From Kondoa subrosea (lineage: Eukaryota), in assembly GCA_039545335.1 (NCBI GenBank), contig BCIN01000004.1, positions 610,925-674,924 of the forward strand: a stretch of 64,000 nt of DNA, written 5' to 3'. Both the position numbers and the translations under genes were made by a program. Shown in pieces: positions 1 to 13,300 of this stretch (within the stretch, counting starts at the first letter, position 1; each line of letters opens with the position of its first letter). Below the pieces are notes generated by a model. That model ran no database searches. It had not been told where the DNA came from and was given only the letters and a program-made list of their open reading frames with translations.

Positions 1-1553
1 TGTCAAGCTATTAAGCCAGTATTTATTGCTCTGCAGTGCTACTACGGGACGGCTTTGTCTGAAGAAGAGGGCTGCAAAGTCATTAGTAAGTTCTTTTCGC
101 TTGTATCTGGGAGGGAAACAATGATGTGCCGGCAGATAAGGCGATCGAACTGGCATCAGGGGCAAAGCTCATGATCGATACCGCGGACTGGTAGTACGTC
201 TCTCGCGAGCTAGCGGAACCCTTTCTTTACTTGTGTCTATCCACAGTGGACAGACGATGAATCAGGGAGAAGAACTCTTGGCTAAAGCTCTGAAAGATTC
301 AAAGATCAGAGAGAAGATCTACATTGCAACCAAGTTTGGATGTTATGTAAGCAGGGCTTCTTGGGCTACTCCGTACTGGATGGCTGATGCCTACTTTCTT
401 GTTGTTCCAGAAAGAACGAGGCCCCAACGGAGGTTATGCTATCCGTGGATCAAAGGATTACGTCCAATCAGCCGTCGAGAAATCGCTCGCCGCTTCAGAA
501 CTCGACTACGTCGATTTGTACTATCAACATCGTGTTGACCGTACCGTTCAAATTGAAGAAACTTTTGACGAGTTAAAGAAACTTCAAACAGAAGGTAGAA
601 TCAGAAACATTGGTATGTCGGAGGTAAGGGTTTCATTCTCCATTGATGATCTTCACTCATTGCCTGGTGGGTAGGCCACATCAGAGGAGATCAGACGCGC
701 TCATACCGTCACGCCGATGACTGCTTACCAGGTCGAGTTTTCACCTTGTAGGCACTATATCCAGGCAAGTTGTTTTCGCTTACCCTTGGTGGACAGGGAC
801 TCCGAACATTCGTGAGAACGGTATCTTATCTACTTGCCGTGAACTTGGGATCACCATCGTTCCTTACTCTCTTCGGCCGTGGTTTCTTGACCGGTCAGTA
901 CAAATCAGTTGCCGACTTTGAAGACGGCGATTTCCGTAAATGTGAGCTACATTGATTCCCACTTGTCATCGTAACCTCATCTGTCGAATCAGCCAACCCT
1001 CGCTTTACCGATGAAAATTTGAAGAAGGTCTTCCACTATATTATTGGAACATAGAGACCGAGAGCTGATGATGCCTGCTGAACAGAATCTGGCTACCGTT
1101 GAAGAGATGCAGTCTTTGGCCACTACGAAAGACTGCACTACTCCACAGCTTGCACTTGCGTGGATCTTGGCCCAAGGAGACGATGTAAGTCTTTGCATTT
1201 CTGGTCAGCTGATCCACGCTAATCCTTCTCTATCAGTTTATTCCAGTTCGTTACATTTCCTACCATTCTGGACCGAGTTGATGTTGTAACAGATTCCTGG
1301 TACCAAGAAGGAGAAATACTTGGTCGAGAACATGGAAGCTGTTGATGTGCAGCTCTCGAAAGATGACCTGAATGCCATCGATTCGTTGATTGCGAAGATT
1401 CCGGCTGTGAGTTATCAGCTTCGCTTTCCTGTTCATACTAACCCAAAAATATAGTCCGGTGGCCGTTACCCTGAGTGAGTTGCTCTTTTCTAGATTTGCG
1501 ATGTGGTCTAAGTGCTCCTTGCAGCTGGTTCTCTGCCGCAAATGCTTTTTTAG
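1..1553 (+). CDS. Aldo-keto reductase (AKR13/YakC, pyridoxal-reductase-like); 5' end outside window, 3' end approximate
   Basis: Spliced exons give [73 protein letters not shown], which are classic AKR motifs. Confidence 0.9.
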
Positions 1554-1825
1554 CAAAGGTTGTACGTGAAGGCAGCCTCAACACTGGGTCACGCAATCCT
1601 CTTCAAGTTTGGACATAGACTTGTCTTGCATTTCATCGTGCTTTTTGAAGCTCAACCTTTCGTGCTCTTTCGCTCTGTGAATTGTCCCTGCCTACTTGCT
1701 TCCTCCCGTCTCTTGTTTCTTATCCACTATAACGCACTTTCTTTGCTTTCGCTGGTCTTATCTGGACTCCTTTGAATCTGTCTCTCTAAGTTGTAACAGT
1801 GATGTTTCATTGTAATTCGTTGTTA

Positions 1826-2762
1826 CTACTGCTTCTCTTCTTCTTCTACATTATGCTGCACAATCTGATCCGATGTCTGCTCCTTCACTTCCTCTCCCTT
1901 ATGACCCAAATCTATACTTGCAAACTTCTGTCCAACCAAATCTTTCCGCCTTTTGGTGAAATCATCATCTTGTTCCAAAGCTCTAGACATCCATCCACCT
2001 CTCAACCCAACATCTATAATCGTATCTACCAAATTGGCTATATTCTGATCTTGGGCTGTAGATTCCGCTATCCGAGCTTGTTGTTGACTGATTTGTTCTC
2101 TTTTGCCCAATGAATCAGGTTACAATAATACAAACAGAAGGTAGAAGAGAGAAAGACGAAGCTCACTTGAGAGATTCTATTTGTGCTACTAGTTCATCAA
2201 ATTTTTCATCTACGCTATCTCTTCTGTCCGAAGCGCTTTTCCTCGATCGCAGAGTTTCGGCCAGGATGAGTGATACAGCTACAGTAAAGAGGAAAGCTTC
2301 GCTGACTATACTCATTGATGAAGAAGAATTAGCGAATGGATATTTAGTGCGGTTGATTGGAACTGACTGAAAGTAGCACCTTGATCAACTGCTCTGCCTT
2401 CTACTTAGCCCTAACACTGGTTCATACACAGAGAAACTTACTTTGCGTCATTCAACGGTCTGATACTTTTTGGCGATTCTCCAGCTAGATTAACTCTCAT
2501 CTGTTTAGCAACATTTGTCAACCTTAACTAATCTGAAGAGACAGATGAAGGGAAAAGACTAACGCGTATATCTGCTCGATGCATGAACTGTGCTAAGGAG
2601 ATTGTCCATTCCCGAAACTTGGGGTGTTCCTATACAACTTGAGAATGAGACAGAGAATGGAAGGGAAGATGATGAATATACTTTCGCTCGGGATTTAAGA
2701 GCTGAAGAGATTGGTTTCGCTAATGTGCGAATAGCTAGAGAGCCTATTTTGACAGAGGCCAT
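1826..2762 (-). CDS. OPA3: OPA3-like mitochondrial protein
   Basis: N-terminus MASVKIGSLAIRTLAKPISSALKSRAK..HPKFREW, and an NGYLANSSSS-strand exon region resembling the OPA3 core; coiled-coil C-terminus with DVGLRGGW. Confidence 0.85.
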
Positions 2763-2996
2763 TGCAACGCGAGCCTGAGAAGTATACTGATGCGACTCGG
2801 AGTCTTTAGAAGGGAGTAACAAAAGAAGTAGTATAAGAGAAGGAAAAGAGTGTAAACTAGAAAGTCAGAGGTACTGGAGCAGGCCGAAGCATGAGCAAGC
2901 GAATGATGACCTGCTCGAACCTGTTGACCACAACCGCCACTCTTAGCTCAATACAGCGTTCTTCCAGTCAACAGAGAAGGAAGCGCTTAGCCTAAG

Positions 2997-5900
2997 ATGT
3001 CTACGGAATACCCATCGCTCTTGCGATCTGTACGCATTTCCTAGCATTCACAAAGCATAGAAACTCAATCTTTGTGAAACAGGAGCAAATGTCGCTGATT
3101 CAGCTGTACTGCCCTACTGAAGTCGCTCATGCTACTGTACAAGAATTGGCAGAGATGAAGCGTATCGAATTCAAAGATCTCAACGCGGATGTTAACCCTT
3201 TTCAACGCACTTTCGGTCAGTCCTGTGTCCTTTGCTCTGTACTGTCCATGTGCTGAGTTGGTGCATGGATTCTGACAGTCGGAGAGACTCGGCGCTTGGA
3301 TGAGTGCGAACGTCGCTTGAATTTCCTAACTGCCAAAATCGAAGATAATGAAATCAACATTCGACCTTATGCAGAAACTCAATACCTCTTAGAAGGTCGA
3401 TCAGGTCCTCAATTGATTGATGAACTCGAACCAAAGTTATCAGAACATGAAGAACGGGTTGGTCAAATGTCACTCTCTTACGAAACTCTCATGAAACGGA
3501 TGAGCGAATTGGAAGAAGCTAGACATGTACTTAGAGAAACGGCTACTTTCTTCAACCAAGCTACAACCGATTCGAGGTATGAAGATGTTCGTTCAAGCGT
3601 TGATGAGGCCAATGCACCTTTGTTGGAAAATGCTATGGAACATGGTCGATCTGGTTCTAACAACGATGGTATGAGCGGTGGTTTCGAACTGGAATTTGTT
3701 GCTGGGACTATGGAAAGAGCACGAATGCCTACTTTCGAGAGAGTACTTTGGCGAGTGTTGCGAGGCAATTTATACATGAATTGGGGTCAGTGAAGACATC
3801 TCAATATGTTGATACCGACTAATTGAATTCACACAACTGACAGCCGAAATTGAAGAACCCTTCACAGACCCTTCCAAGCCTAAATCTGAAGGTGTTCGCA
3901 AAGCTGTCTTCATCATTTTTGCTCGTTCGTCCTTTCTGCTTTGAAGCTTAGTACACGACTCACTGATCTATTTAGACGGCGCCGAACTGCTCGACAAGAT
4001 TCGCCGCATCTCTGAATCTCTTGGTGGTACTCTCTACCCAATCGATGCTTCAGCAGACAAGCGCAATGTTGCCTTACGCGAAATCAATGCTCGTATCGAT
4101 GATTTACAAACCGTTCTCCATAACACCAGCACGACGCGGAAAACTGAATTGGTTAGAATAGCAGAATCTATTTCCGCTTGGTGGGCTATTGTTCGAAAGG
4201 AAAAGATCATTTACGGTACTATGAATCGTTTCCAATACGATGGTGGAAGAAGAACTTTGATTGCTGAAGCTTGGGTTCCTACAAGAGATATCACTGCTGT
4301 TCAATTGGCTTTGCGTCGTGCTACGGTCAGTCGCGATTCAGGTGTCTTGCCGAATATAGGCTAACCAGGCATTGCTGTCTGATAGGAATCATCGGGTACT
4401 TCTGTTCCGCCTATCCTGCATGAAATGAGAAATGCAAAAGATCCACCTACTTTCCATCGGACTAACAAATTCACTGCTGGATTTCAAGGTATCATCGATG
4501 CTTATGGTATCGCTTCATACGAAGAGATTAATCCTGGTCTCTTTACTACAATCACTTTGTGCGTTCTACATTCAGATATGAGCTCCGAGTTGAATCTAAT
4601 GGCTGGTTGTGGCGTACAGCCCTTTCTTGTTCGCTGTCATGTTTGGTGATATTGGACATGGTTTCATCATGGCTCTGTCGGCTTTGGCTTTCATTATGCT
4701 TGAAAAGAAATATCCAAGAGGTTTCGGTGAAGAGGTGAGAATTTGAGCACGTTTCCGCTGCCATAACAGCTTAATTCCAAAACAATTCTCACAGATCACG
4801 GATACCTTCTTCTTTGGTCGTTATATTATCTTATTGATGGGTATTTTCGCTATGGTGCGTGAAAGATGACTGATCTGTCAAGCTTGACTGGAACCTTCGT
4901 CTTCACGCACAGTACACTGGTTTCATCTACAATGATATCTTCTCTCGTATGTTTCATCACAGCTGGCGTTCTGTCAGAACTGAGTAGATTGAGACATACA
5001 GTCAACTTGAATTTGGCGCCTTCGTCCTGGATTTGGCCAAAAGTTGAATCGGAAGGTCAATCAGTTGAAGCTTATAGCAATGGCAATGTCTATCCATTCG
5101 GTATCGATCCAGCTTGGCATGGTGCTGATAACGCTTTGATCTTCACCAATTCGCTGAAGATGAAAATGTCTATCATTCTTGGTGTCCTGCATGTGCGTGG
5201 AGAGCTGCAGTACATCGGATTCAAGCTGATACTATCTGTATCAATACTCACAGATGTCGTTTGCTATTTGTTTACAAGTACCAAATCATTTCCATTTCGG
5301 TCACAAGCGATACATCATTGCGGAATGGTTGCCTCAGATCTTGTTTATGGAGTGCTTGTTCGGTCAGGCATACGATGGACTATCAGTTTTGCGCTGATTC
5401 TCCCCGCTTTTGATCTTACAGGTTACCTCGTTATGATCATCATCTACAAATGGACAGTCGATTGGTCCTCTTCTGATTCGCCTCCACCAAATTTGCTGTT
5501 AGTCCTGACTTTGTAATTCAGGTTGCGTGTTAACTGATTTCCGCCTGTTTGCACAGAAACACACTCATTTTCATGGTCTTGCAACCTGGAGATGTTGAAG
5601 GCAATCAGCTTTACGCCGGTCAATCATTCATTCAAGTCGTACTGCTCGGTATTGCCGGTATTTGCGTGCCTTGGATGCTGATGGCCAAACCCTACTTGTT
5701 GTGGAAAGATAACCAAAAGATTGTTGCTCAAGGCTATCACACCGTTGGCGGTGCTGCTGCTAGAGATGAAGTTGCTGATATGGATGAAGCGGAGAATGGT
5801 AATGGCCACGAAATGGGTGAAGAAAATGTCAGGCCCTTTTTATGCTCATTCAGGCCTTTTCTGATGAGTTGTATTCTGGGGTGGACAGAAAGAAGAACAC

Positions 5901-6430
5901 TTTGAATTTGGCGAATTGGCAGTACATCAAATCATTCATACGATTGAATTCTGCCTTGGCTGTATCTCAAACACGGCTTCCTACTTACGTCTTTGGGCTT
6001 TATCGCTCGCCCACGCTCAATTGAGTGAAGTGTTGTGGGACATGACAATCAAGAACACTTTCGGTATAGGAGGTGCATTAGGTGTAGTAGCTGTGGTCGG
6101 AGGTTTCATGATTTGGTTCATGTTGACTCGTGAGCTGTTTTACTTAATCTGCTCTCAGGACTTTGCTGAATATCATGTAGTTGCTATTTTAATCACTATG
6201 GAAGGTCTCAGTGCTTTCCTGCATGCATTACGTCTTCATTGGGTCGAGTCCAGTAAGTTTGTCTTTGATCAATGTATAACCATGAACTGATCTTGTCTCC
6301 CAGATGGCAAGGTATTAAGTTCCGCTAACTCTTCATCTCTCTTGCTGACTTCTCTGTGTTCTAGCATTACGAAGGTGCTGGCACAGCATTCAATCCTCTC
6401 ACTTTCGACGGTATAGACGAAGGCTTTTAA
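2997..6430 (+). CDS. VPH1: V-type H+-ATPase V0 subunit a
   Basis: [106 protein letters not shown]; stop TAA at 6428-6430. Confidence 0.97.
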
Positions 6431-6736
6431 ATCAGAGATTCACATACCTTAGTAAGGTCAAAGCTGCTTCGTTCTTCTTGCATGGATCTAGATACATACA
6501 GTCTCAGTGAGACCCATATACATTGCTGACCGCAAATCGGCCCAGTCAAGTGACTCTGTCTCTGCTCTCTGCTGTTGTCTAGTTGTCTTACTGGCCGCTG
6601 ACATCACAACGTGACACTACCGTGCTGGACCGGCTCGTACTAGACGTGACTTTGATTTTGTACATGAGCAATCTACCGTGCATGCTATGATATGTACTAT
6701 GTGTCTATTTACTCGTCTTCTGCCCGTGAAAATATC

Positions 6737-8573
6737 TTACAATACCAGAGCAAGCATTGGCGAGAACATGAGGAACCACGACACCTGAATCCGAGACAAG
6801 CCGCCACTCGAGTTGAAGATCGCATTCCCGGATTGATTGAAAGCTGAACTTGATGATGCTGGCGCTAGTGTAGGTTTCACGGAAGATTTTGCCATACTGG
6901 TAAGAGACATTGCGCTTGCACTCTTATCCTTCTGAGCGCCAGCGGAGAGATCAATGTCTGAGTAGCCTTGCCAGCTCGGGATTGGAGTTGAAGAACCAGA
7001 ATCAGGTGCTGGATCTGCGTCTACGTCAACGCTAATAGAGATACAATCAGCTAAAGTGAAAACAACTGAAGATTGCTAACATCGAGGTTGTAGACACGAC
7101 TTGAGTTACTACAGAGTTCTTGACGCCTTTATCGACAGGAAGAAAACTACTAGGGCTGTATATTGGAGGGGAACTAGAAGACATGACTGGAGGACTGCTA
7201 CTTGCTGGTGGAGGAGGAGCAGGATTGCCCTGGTCGCCGGCACCGCTGACTACGCAACCATCCACCACGATCTTACTCACAGCTGCACGACTTCAGCTAG
7301 AAACTTTTGTCGAAGAAGGGGATGTAGCTCACTGAAAGTAGCCAAGTTCGATGCGTCAAATGTATACTCTCCCATCCAAGAGTTAGGCGAGTTTGTCTGC
7401 CGCCAAAGGGCTAGGTTGATATGCATGGCTTCATCGCTAAGTAGATTCCATCAGAAGATATTCGCGCTTTTTGAGTAGTAATTGTACCCTGGCTAGACTT
7501 TACACTGTGAGCAAAAACTTCTCGCTCCTTAAGGGAAAAAGGCTACTGACCCAAAGAGAGCCATCTGTGCCTTTCTTCCACATAACGTATGATTTGCCAT
7601 CAACGGATCCCTAGATCTTCCGTGAGACAAGTAACAAACAATGTGAAGACATACCTCGACTGTAGAATCGGAGTATTTTAGTGTATACGTATGCACTACA
7701 TTGCATCCAGCGAGCTACTCAAATGTTAATAGAAGACACTTACTGTCACTAGACTTGAAGTCGCCGTTCATCATGGCTATGTTTGCTGCGCCTGGTGTTG
7801 CTATAGCTGGATCCATGATCAATTGAGGACCGCCTTGCTGCTCTGGCCAGCCAGAATTGGCGAGCTACACATCCAAATGTTAGAGCTGGAAACGAAATGC
7901 AACACAATTCCGTACAGCTTTTTCTGGAGCAATAGATTTGGCAGTCTCCATAGTCTCATCACCAGTAAATGGAGCCCTGGAGTACTTTCAGAATCATACA
8001 TTTACAGATCGTAAACTGAACTGACCATATTGGATACCTGAATCGCAGCCAATTAGCCGAAACAGTATATCTATCAGATCAACACTTACATTATACCTTT
8101 AGGATTGATGGCCACGAGTTCAAGATCGATCTCCCCTCTTCAAGCCACATCAGTCGATTCCGGACATCCAATTTCAGCGTGAACTCACTGTCCTTGCTTC
8201 GGCCAAAAGATCATATCGCTCAAGACGCCTTTGAAGTCAGATGCTTTCATATCGACAGTGACTGTCAGTGGGTACGTGTATGTCTTCTTGGATTGGATGC
8301 CAAGAGAAGCAGACGTCTTCTGCGATTGCGACTCATCGAACTTGAGATCCAATCCTTTTCCTCCTTGAGATGCTGCAATGACCCCATCGCTCGAGACTTG
8401 ATCCCAGCTGACAAGAATATGAGCTTACATAGGTGAATGAAGCATCTCACCACTGACTTTGTCTGCCAAACACCGCCGTCGAAAGTATCTGTCCATTGCT
8501 CTTGCTTGCAATCTAGCTTTACCGCGTGTAAAGAAAGAAGGAGCGTACTCCAGATAAGGATGATAGATCTCAT
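6737..8573 (-). CDS. Secreted, probably GPI-anchored GH16-like (ConA-fold) glycosidase/transglycosylase
   Basis: Signal peptide MRSIILIWSTLLLSLHA; GH16-type catalytic motif EIDLE (~8120-8135); Ser/Pro-rich stalk; hydrophobic C-terminus SSGGLSRIQVSWFLMFSPMLALVL* typical of a GPI signal. Confidence 0.7.
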
Positions 8574-8814
8574 GATAAGCTTGACAAGAAGCAAAAGAAG
8601 AAGAATTCCTCTTGAGTTGAGGGTTGAACAAAGGGAGTTGGGCTAAAATAATCCTTGCTGAGTGCCGAAAAAGCTCAAAGTGAGTCTCGCAAGGTCTTCA
8701 AGTTGAAACAAGTCCATAAGGCTGGTAATCATTGACGTGTCGTCAGGTCTGCGGAGTTTATTGGCGGATATAATTAGGTCAATCAATCTCTCAGAATTGG
8801 ATGACAGACCTTGT

Positions 8815-10011
8815 TTAGGCCACCAAAACTGCTCTGCCTTGATCATCGCACCAAAGCAGTCTAGTTCCCTTGAACCAACCGACTTCTTTTCTTACGTTGA
8901 AGCAATCCATCAATGCCCTCAATTTCAATGCCATACTAGCATCACACCATAATCTAATATGATCCCCTTCTGTTCCTTCATCTTTCTTCTTCTTCTCCCG
9001 CTTGAGATCCGATTCGAAAACACATTCGCCAACCACAATTCCCAATAAACCTTTAGTAGCTAAATCCGTCAAAGCTTTCCATAAAGCTTTCAACTTCTCT
9101 CTGTTCCATACGAGAAGTTTAGGTGTTGTAAGAGGTGGATCAGGATCCCAAGTTGCTGATGAAGTTCTTAAACGGATTTCGGAATCCATTTTATAAGGTG
9201 AAGAAGTAATTGGTATGAACCAGAAACCCCGAGCTGTACTGGAGAGATCTGGAGTATCGATAAAGGTATGACGGATCTTTGCTGGAGGTGGTAAGATTGT
9301 CAGTAAAGGTGGTAAAGGATCAGGAGAAGGAGGTGTGACGTGAGGCTAAAAAGTAAGATCTAAGCTTGATCCGCGGTCATCGGACGAAAGATTACCAACA
9401 GCAGGAATAAGGAAAGCTAGAACTCCTTTACCTAATTCATGACCTGTCTTGAGCACTTCAATCGTAGGTGCATTAGTATTGCGAGTAGCAATCTTTTGTC
9501 GTTTGGCAACTGGCGGTACTAGCAGATTACGAGGTGGTTCAGGAGGTGGAGAGAAAGTTTGGATAGTAGGAATCGGTAATCTTTCTGGTCCAGGATTCAG
9601 CTTGAGCTTGCAACTCCGGACCAAATCAGAAATGAAAGGATCAAAAGAAGCATACAGTCGTTTATGAGGAGGGAACTCTTGCATTCGTGTAAGTAGTATG
9701 GGAGAAGGTTGTCTCTCTTTAGGATACCTCTTGAGCCAATCTTGAGCTGCTTCGGGTGACAATTTCTGATGCGCAGAAGCGGGAATTTCTTTCGTAGTCT
9801 TGCTATAATGTTGATCGACTGCTTCTCGCGTCTCAGGAGATGCAGAATGACAAGAATCTGACCGACCTGCTACAGGTGTTACGTCACATACATCAATGAT
9901 GTGCCGTCCTTTGGCTTCCCAGTCGCGAATCGTCTTTTCCGCAGCAGTGATATGCACAGAAGCGTCTATTGCAGACACAGATGAATTGATGAAAAGAGTA
10001 AACTTGCTCAT
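8815..10011 (-). CDS. Hypothetical fungal protein, Pro-rich middle, structured C-terminus (DHIRLWCDASMALKLR..RLLWCDDQGRAVLVA)
   Basis: Two long ORFs joined by a GT-AG intron at ~9346-9395; no family confidently recognised. Confidence 0.7.
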
Positions 10012-10310
10012 TGTTGAAACAAAGCTGCCTTGCCCTGGGAAGGCAACACGAGAGAACAAGAAGGGGATCTGGATCGATCACCAGGAGATAGCGCAGCTCA
10101 GGACTGCTGCCAGTGCAGAGCGTTATATTAAGCCGTGGCTTCAGAGCAACTAAAATCAACATTCACACAATTTGTCCTAATACCGCGATTCCGACCTGCT
10201 ACTACAGGCTTCAGATTACCCGCAGAGCCTCTGTATACCCCTTTGCTGTAGATCTACGCGGTTTTCTTTCGATCTCTTTTGAAATATCGTGCACTGGCTT
10301 TACTTAGAGT

Positions 10311-13300
10311 ATGACTGAAACTCGCAAAAGCAGCAGACCGCGCAAGAGCGTCATTAAATTCTCTGAAGATGCTACTATTCCTGAAGGAAAGAAACGCAAG
10401 ACTACTACCACTGCTGCAGCTGCTGTGGGAAGTGACGACGAGCAGGATTCTCAAGATGAAGCAGACGAGGATGCAGAGATTGATGAGTTGGAAGAATCAG
10501 AAGGCGAAGAGTTTGTCGCACCTAAAGCTGTTGCAGCAAAGTCGAAAGGCAAAAGAGCTCCAGCAAAGAAGAAAACAACTTCCACTACTCCAAAGACTAC
10601 AAGGAAACGGAAAGCTGCTGCTATGAATGATGACCCTGATTCTCAGCCACCTGAAGGCGATGATAACGATGATGTACCTGAGAAAGAACCGTTGCTCAAA
10701 GGCGAATATACTATTGCTCATGATAATCCTATCTTTGAAGCTGTCCGTCATTCTGAAACCGCTTTGGAGTTGACTGTAGACGAATGGATTGAAGCGTATC
10801 AAGCAAATGGAGATGATAGTGAAGAAGCCAAAGGAGAACCTCTTGCAGAATTGATCAATTTTGTCATTCGGGTCAGCTTTCTAACTCTTCCAGTCGTCTT
10901 TGAGGCTGACTGTCGCAAAAATGACAGTGCTGTGGATGTAACGCGTCAGTGGATAAGCACGAAGTCCTTGATCAAGACAATGCAATGGACAAGCTCGTCG
11001 AAATCCAGGATGAGTTCCAGAAGGTAGGCTGCTTAATGTCTAGTTCCAAAAGAGATACTGATCGCACGTGAAGGTCGCAGCAAGAGCTTACCCTTTGATC
11101 GCTTCATCTAAAACGCTCAAAGCCTTTCGGAAATCACTAAGCGAATTCCTCACTCGTCTGACCGAGAATGCTCACTCATCCGGTATCTTATACGACGATC
11201 ATTTCTGCGAAACGTTTCAAGCGTGGCTTGTAGCTGCTACTTCTTCTAAACTTCGTTCTTTCCGCCATACAACTACTGTAGTGGTTTTGGAATTCATTAC
11301 CGCTTTGTGTGGGGTTGCAGTGAATGTGGATAAAGAGTTTGCAAGCGTTAGCAGACAAAGAGATGCGGAAGCTAAGAAAGCTAGAACGGATAAAGCGAGG
11401 TTGAATTCGCTTGAGGAAAAAGTCAAAGATGCGCATGAAAAGAAAGTCATGCTTGAAGGATTCTTCAAGGATTTGCTTGATGGGTGCGTGTTGAGTGAGA
11501 ATGTGATTAGATTTATGGCTGATAGGTATGGTCCCATACACAGAGTCTTTATACATCGGTATCGAGATGCGGAACCTGCTATTCGTAGCGAATGTATTCG
11601 AGCACTTGGCTTATGGATGAAGAAACATCCAGACCATTTCCTCGAGGGTAATCATCTTCGTTATGTTGGATGGGTTTTAACCGATGTCGTCAGTCTTGTC
11701 TCGCTCAGCTCAATTCAAGCTAAACTAGAACGCTTCTGACAGAACAAGGATGCTCGGCTCGAGGCTATCAAGTCTCTTCATGCTCTGTATTCGAAGGCCG
11801 ATTACATCGGCACATTGCAACATTTCACTGAACGTTTCAAAGCCCGCTTTGTTGAAATGGCCTGTTCTGAACCTGATCTACATGTACGAAAAGCTGCTCT
11901 GTCTGTTCTGGAACTAGTCGACAAGCATGGTTTGCTTGAAGAAGAACAAAGAGCAGATATCGCTAAGCTCCTCTTCCACGTCGACCCAAAAATCAGAAAT
12001 GCAGCTGCTCCTTTCTTCATCTCAATGATCGAAGAAGACTTGGAAGAACGCGTTGGCGATGGAGCTTCTGGTGGACCGAAAGATGGTGATCTCGCTCGGT
12101 CACGATTATGGTACAAAAGTCTGGCTGTTCTGCTTGCGAAACATGGAAGAGCAACTTCACCAAACGAGGATCTAGATCCTGATGATGAAAATTCCCAAGA
12201 CTCCTTAGAAAGATCAACCAAGAAGATTGCAGAAGAAGCAGAGTCTACTTTCAAAAGTGTGCATCATGGTCGAGCTAGTTTAGCTCTACAAGCTCTTTGG
12301 AACGAAGCTGACGCAGCCCAACAATGGCCTGTTCTTGTTGATTACCTGCTGCTGGACCATTCGGAAGATGCGGAGCAGCAGCAACCGAATGAAGCTTCCC
12401 AAGATAGCTCGAGTCAAGGTAAGAAGGGCAAGAAAGCTCTGACAGAGAACGAGATGGGAGAAGGGCACAGGTTGGATGAAGCAGAAGAGACTTTGCTTGT
12501 TGAGGTTTTAATCGCGTCGCTGGACAAAGTGAAAGAGGAAGCTCTCGCCAACAGCAAGGTGAGCTTGTCAGGGCTGAATCCCAATAAGATGCTGAGTGTC
12601 GATGTTAGACTGATGAAGAAGACAATGAAGACATCGCTGAACTTACGCGCAACATGATGAAAAACCTACCTCGCTTCTTTACCAAATATACGACGGATCC
12701 TACTCGTATTTCTGATATTCTACGGATACCCAGCATCATCAATTTAGAACTGTATTTGGACATGCGAATGGTCACAGTAAGCTTTACTATCTGTCGAGTC
12801 AGGTTTCTCCTGAACTGGTTGCCAGGCATACGAAGCGCTATGGGACGAGGTCACAAAACATTTCGCTCAACATACCGATCATATGGTTCTCGAGCGGTCA
12901 ATAGAATCAATCAGAGCCTTACAGGCGTGCGCTTCTTTGAGTGAATCAAATGACACCAAACTCAAAGCTTTTGTATCATCTATAATGTCGTCGGTACGAG
13001 AAGCCGTGTCCGTAAAAGAAATTGAAGTATGCTCTTTCAGCGAAGAAGAACTTGCTCACCTGACAGCATGGGCGTCGCGGCTCAGTAGACTCAACCAGAT
13101 TGTTGACCTGGCTGTAGCCATCGACGATACCGAAGGTCTCAAGCAAACAAGCGTAGCCGTCATATTAGATGCAATAGCTGATCGAGGTCGACTAGGCAAT
13201 GCAGAGGAAGAGAAGGTGAGTTGTATACAACCAAAATCCAGTTGCTCTCTTACACAAAATATGATTGGCAGTTGATTATTGCATCACTTGACACCCTTCT

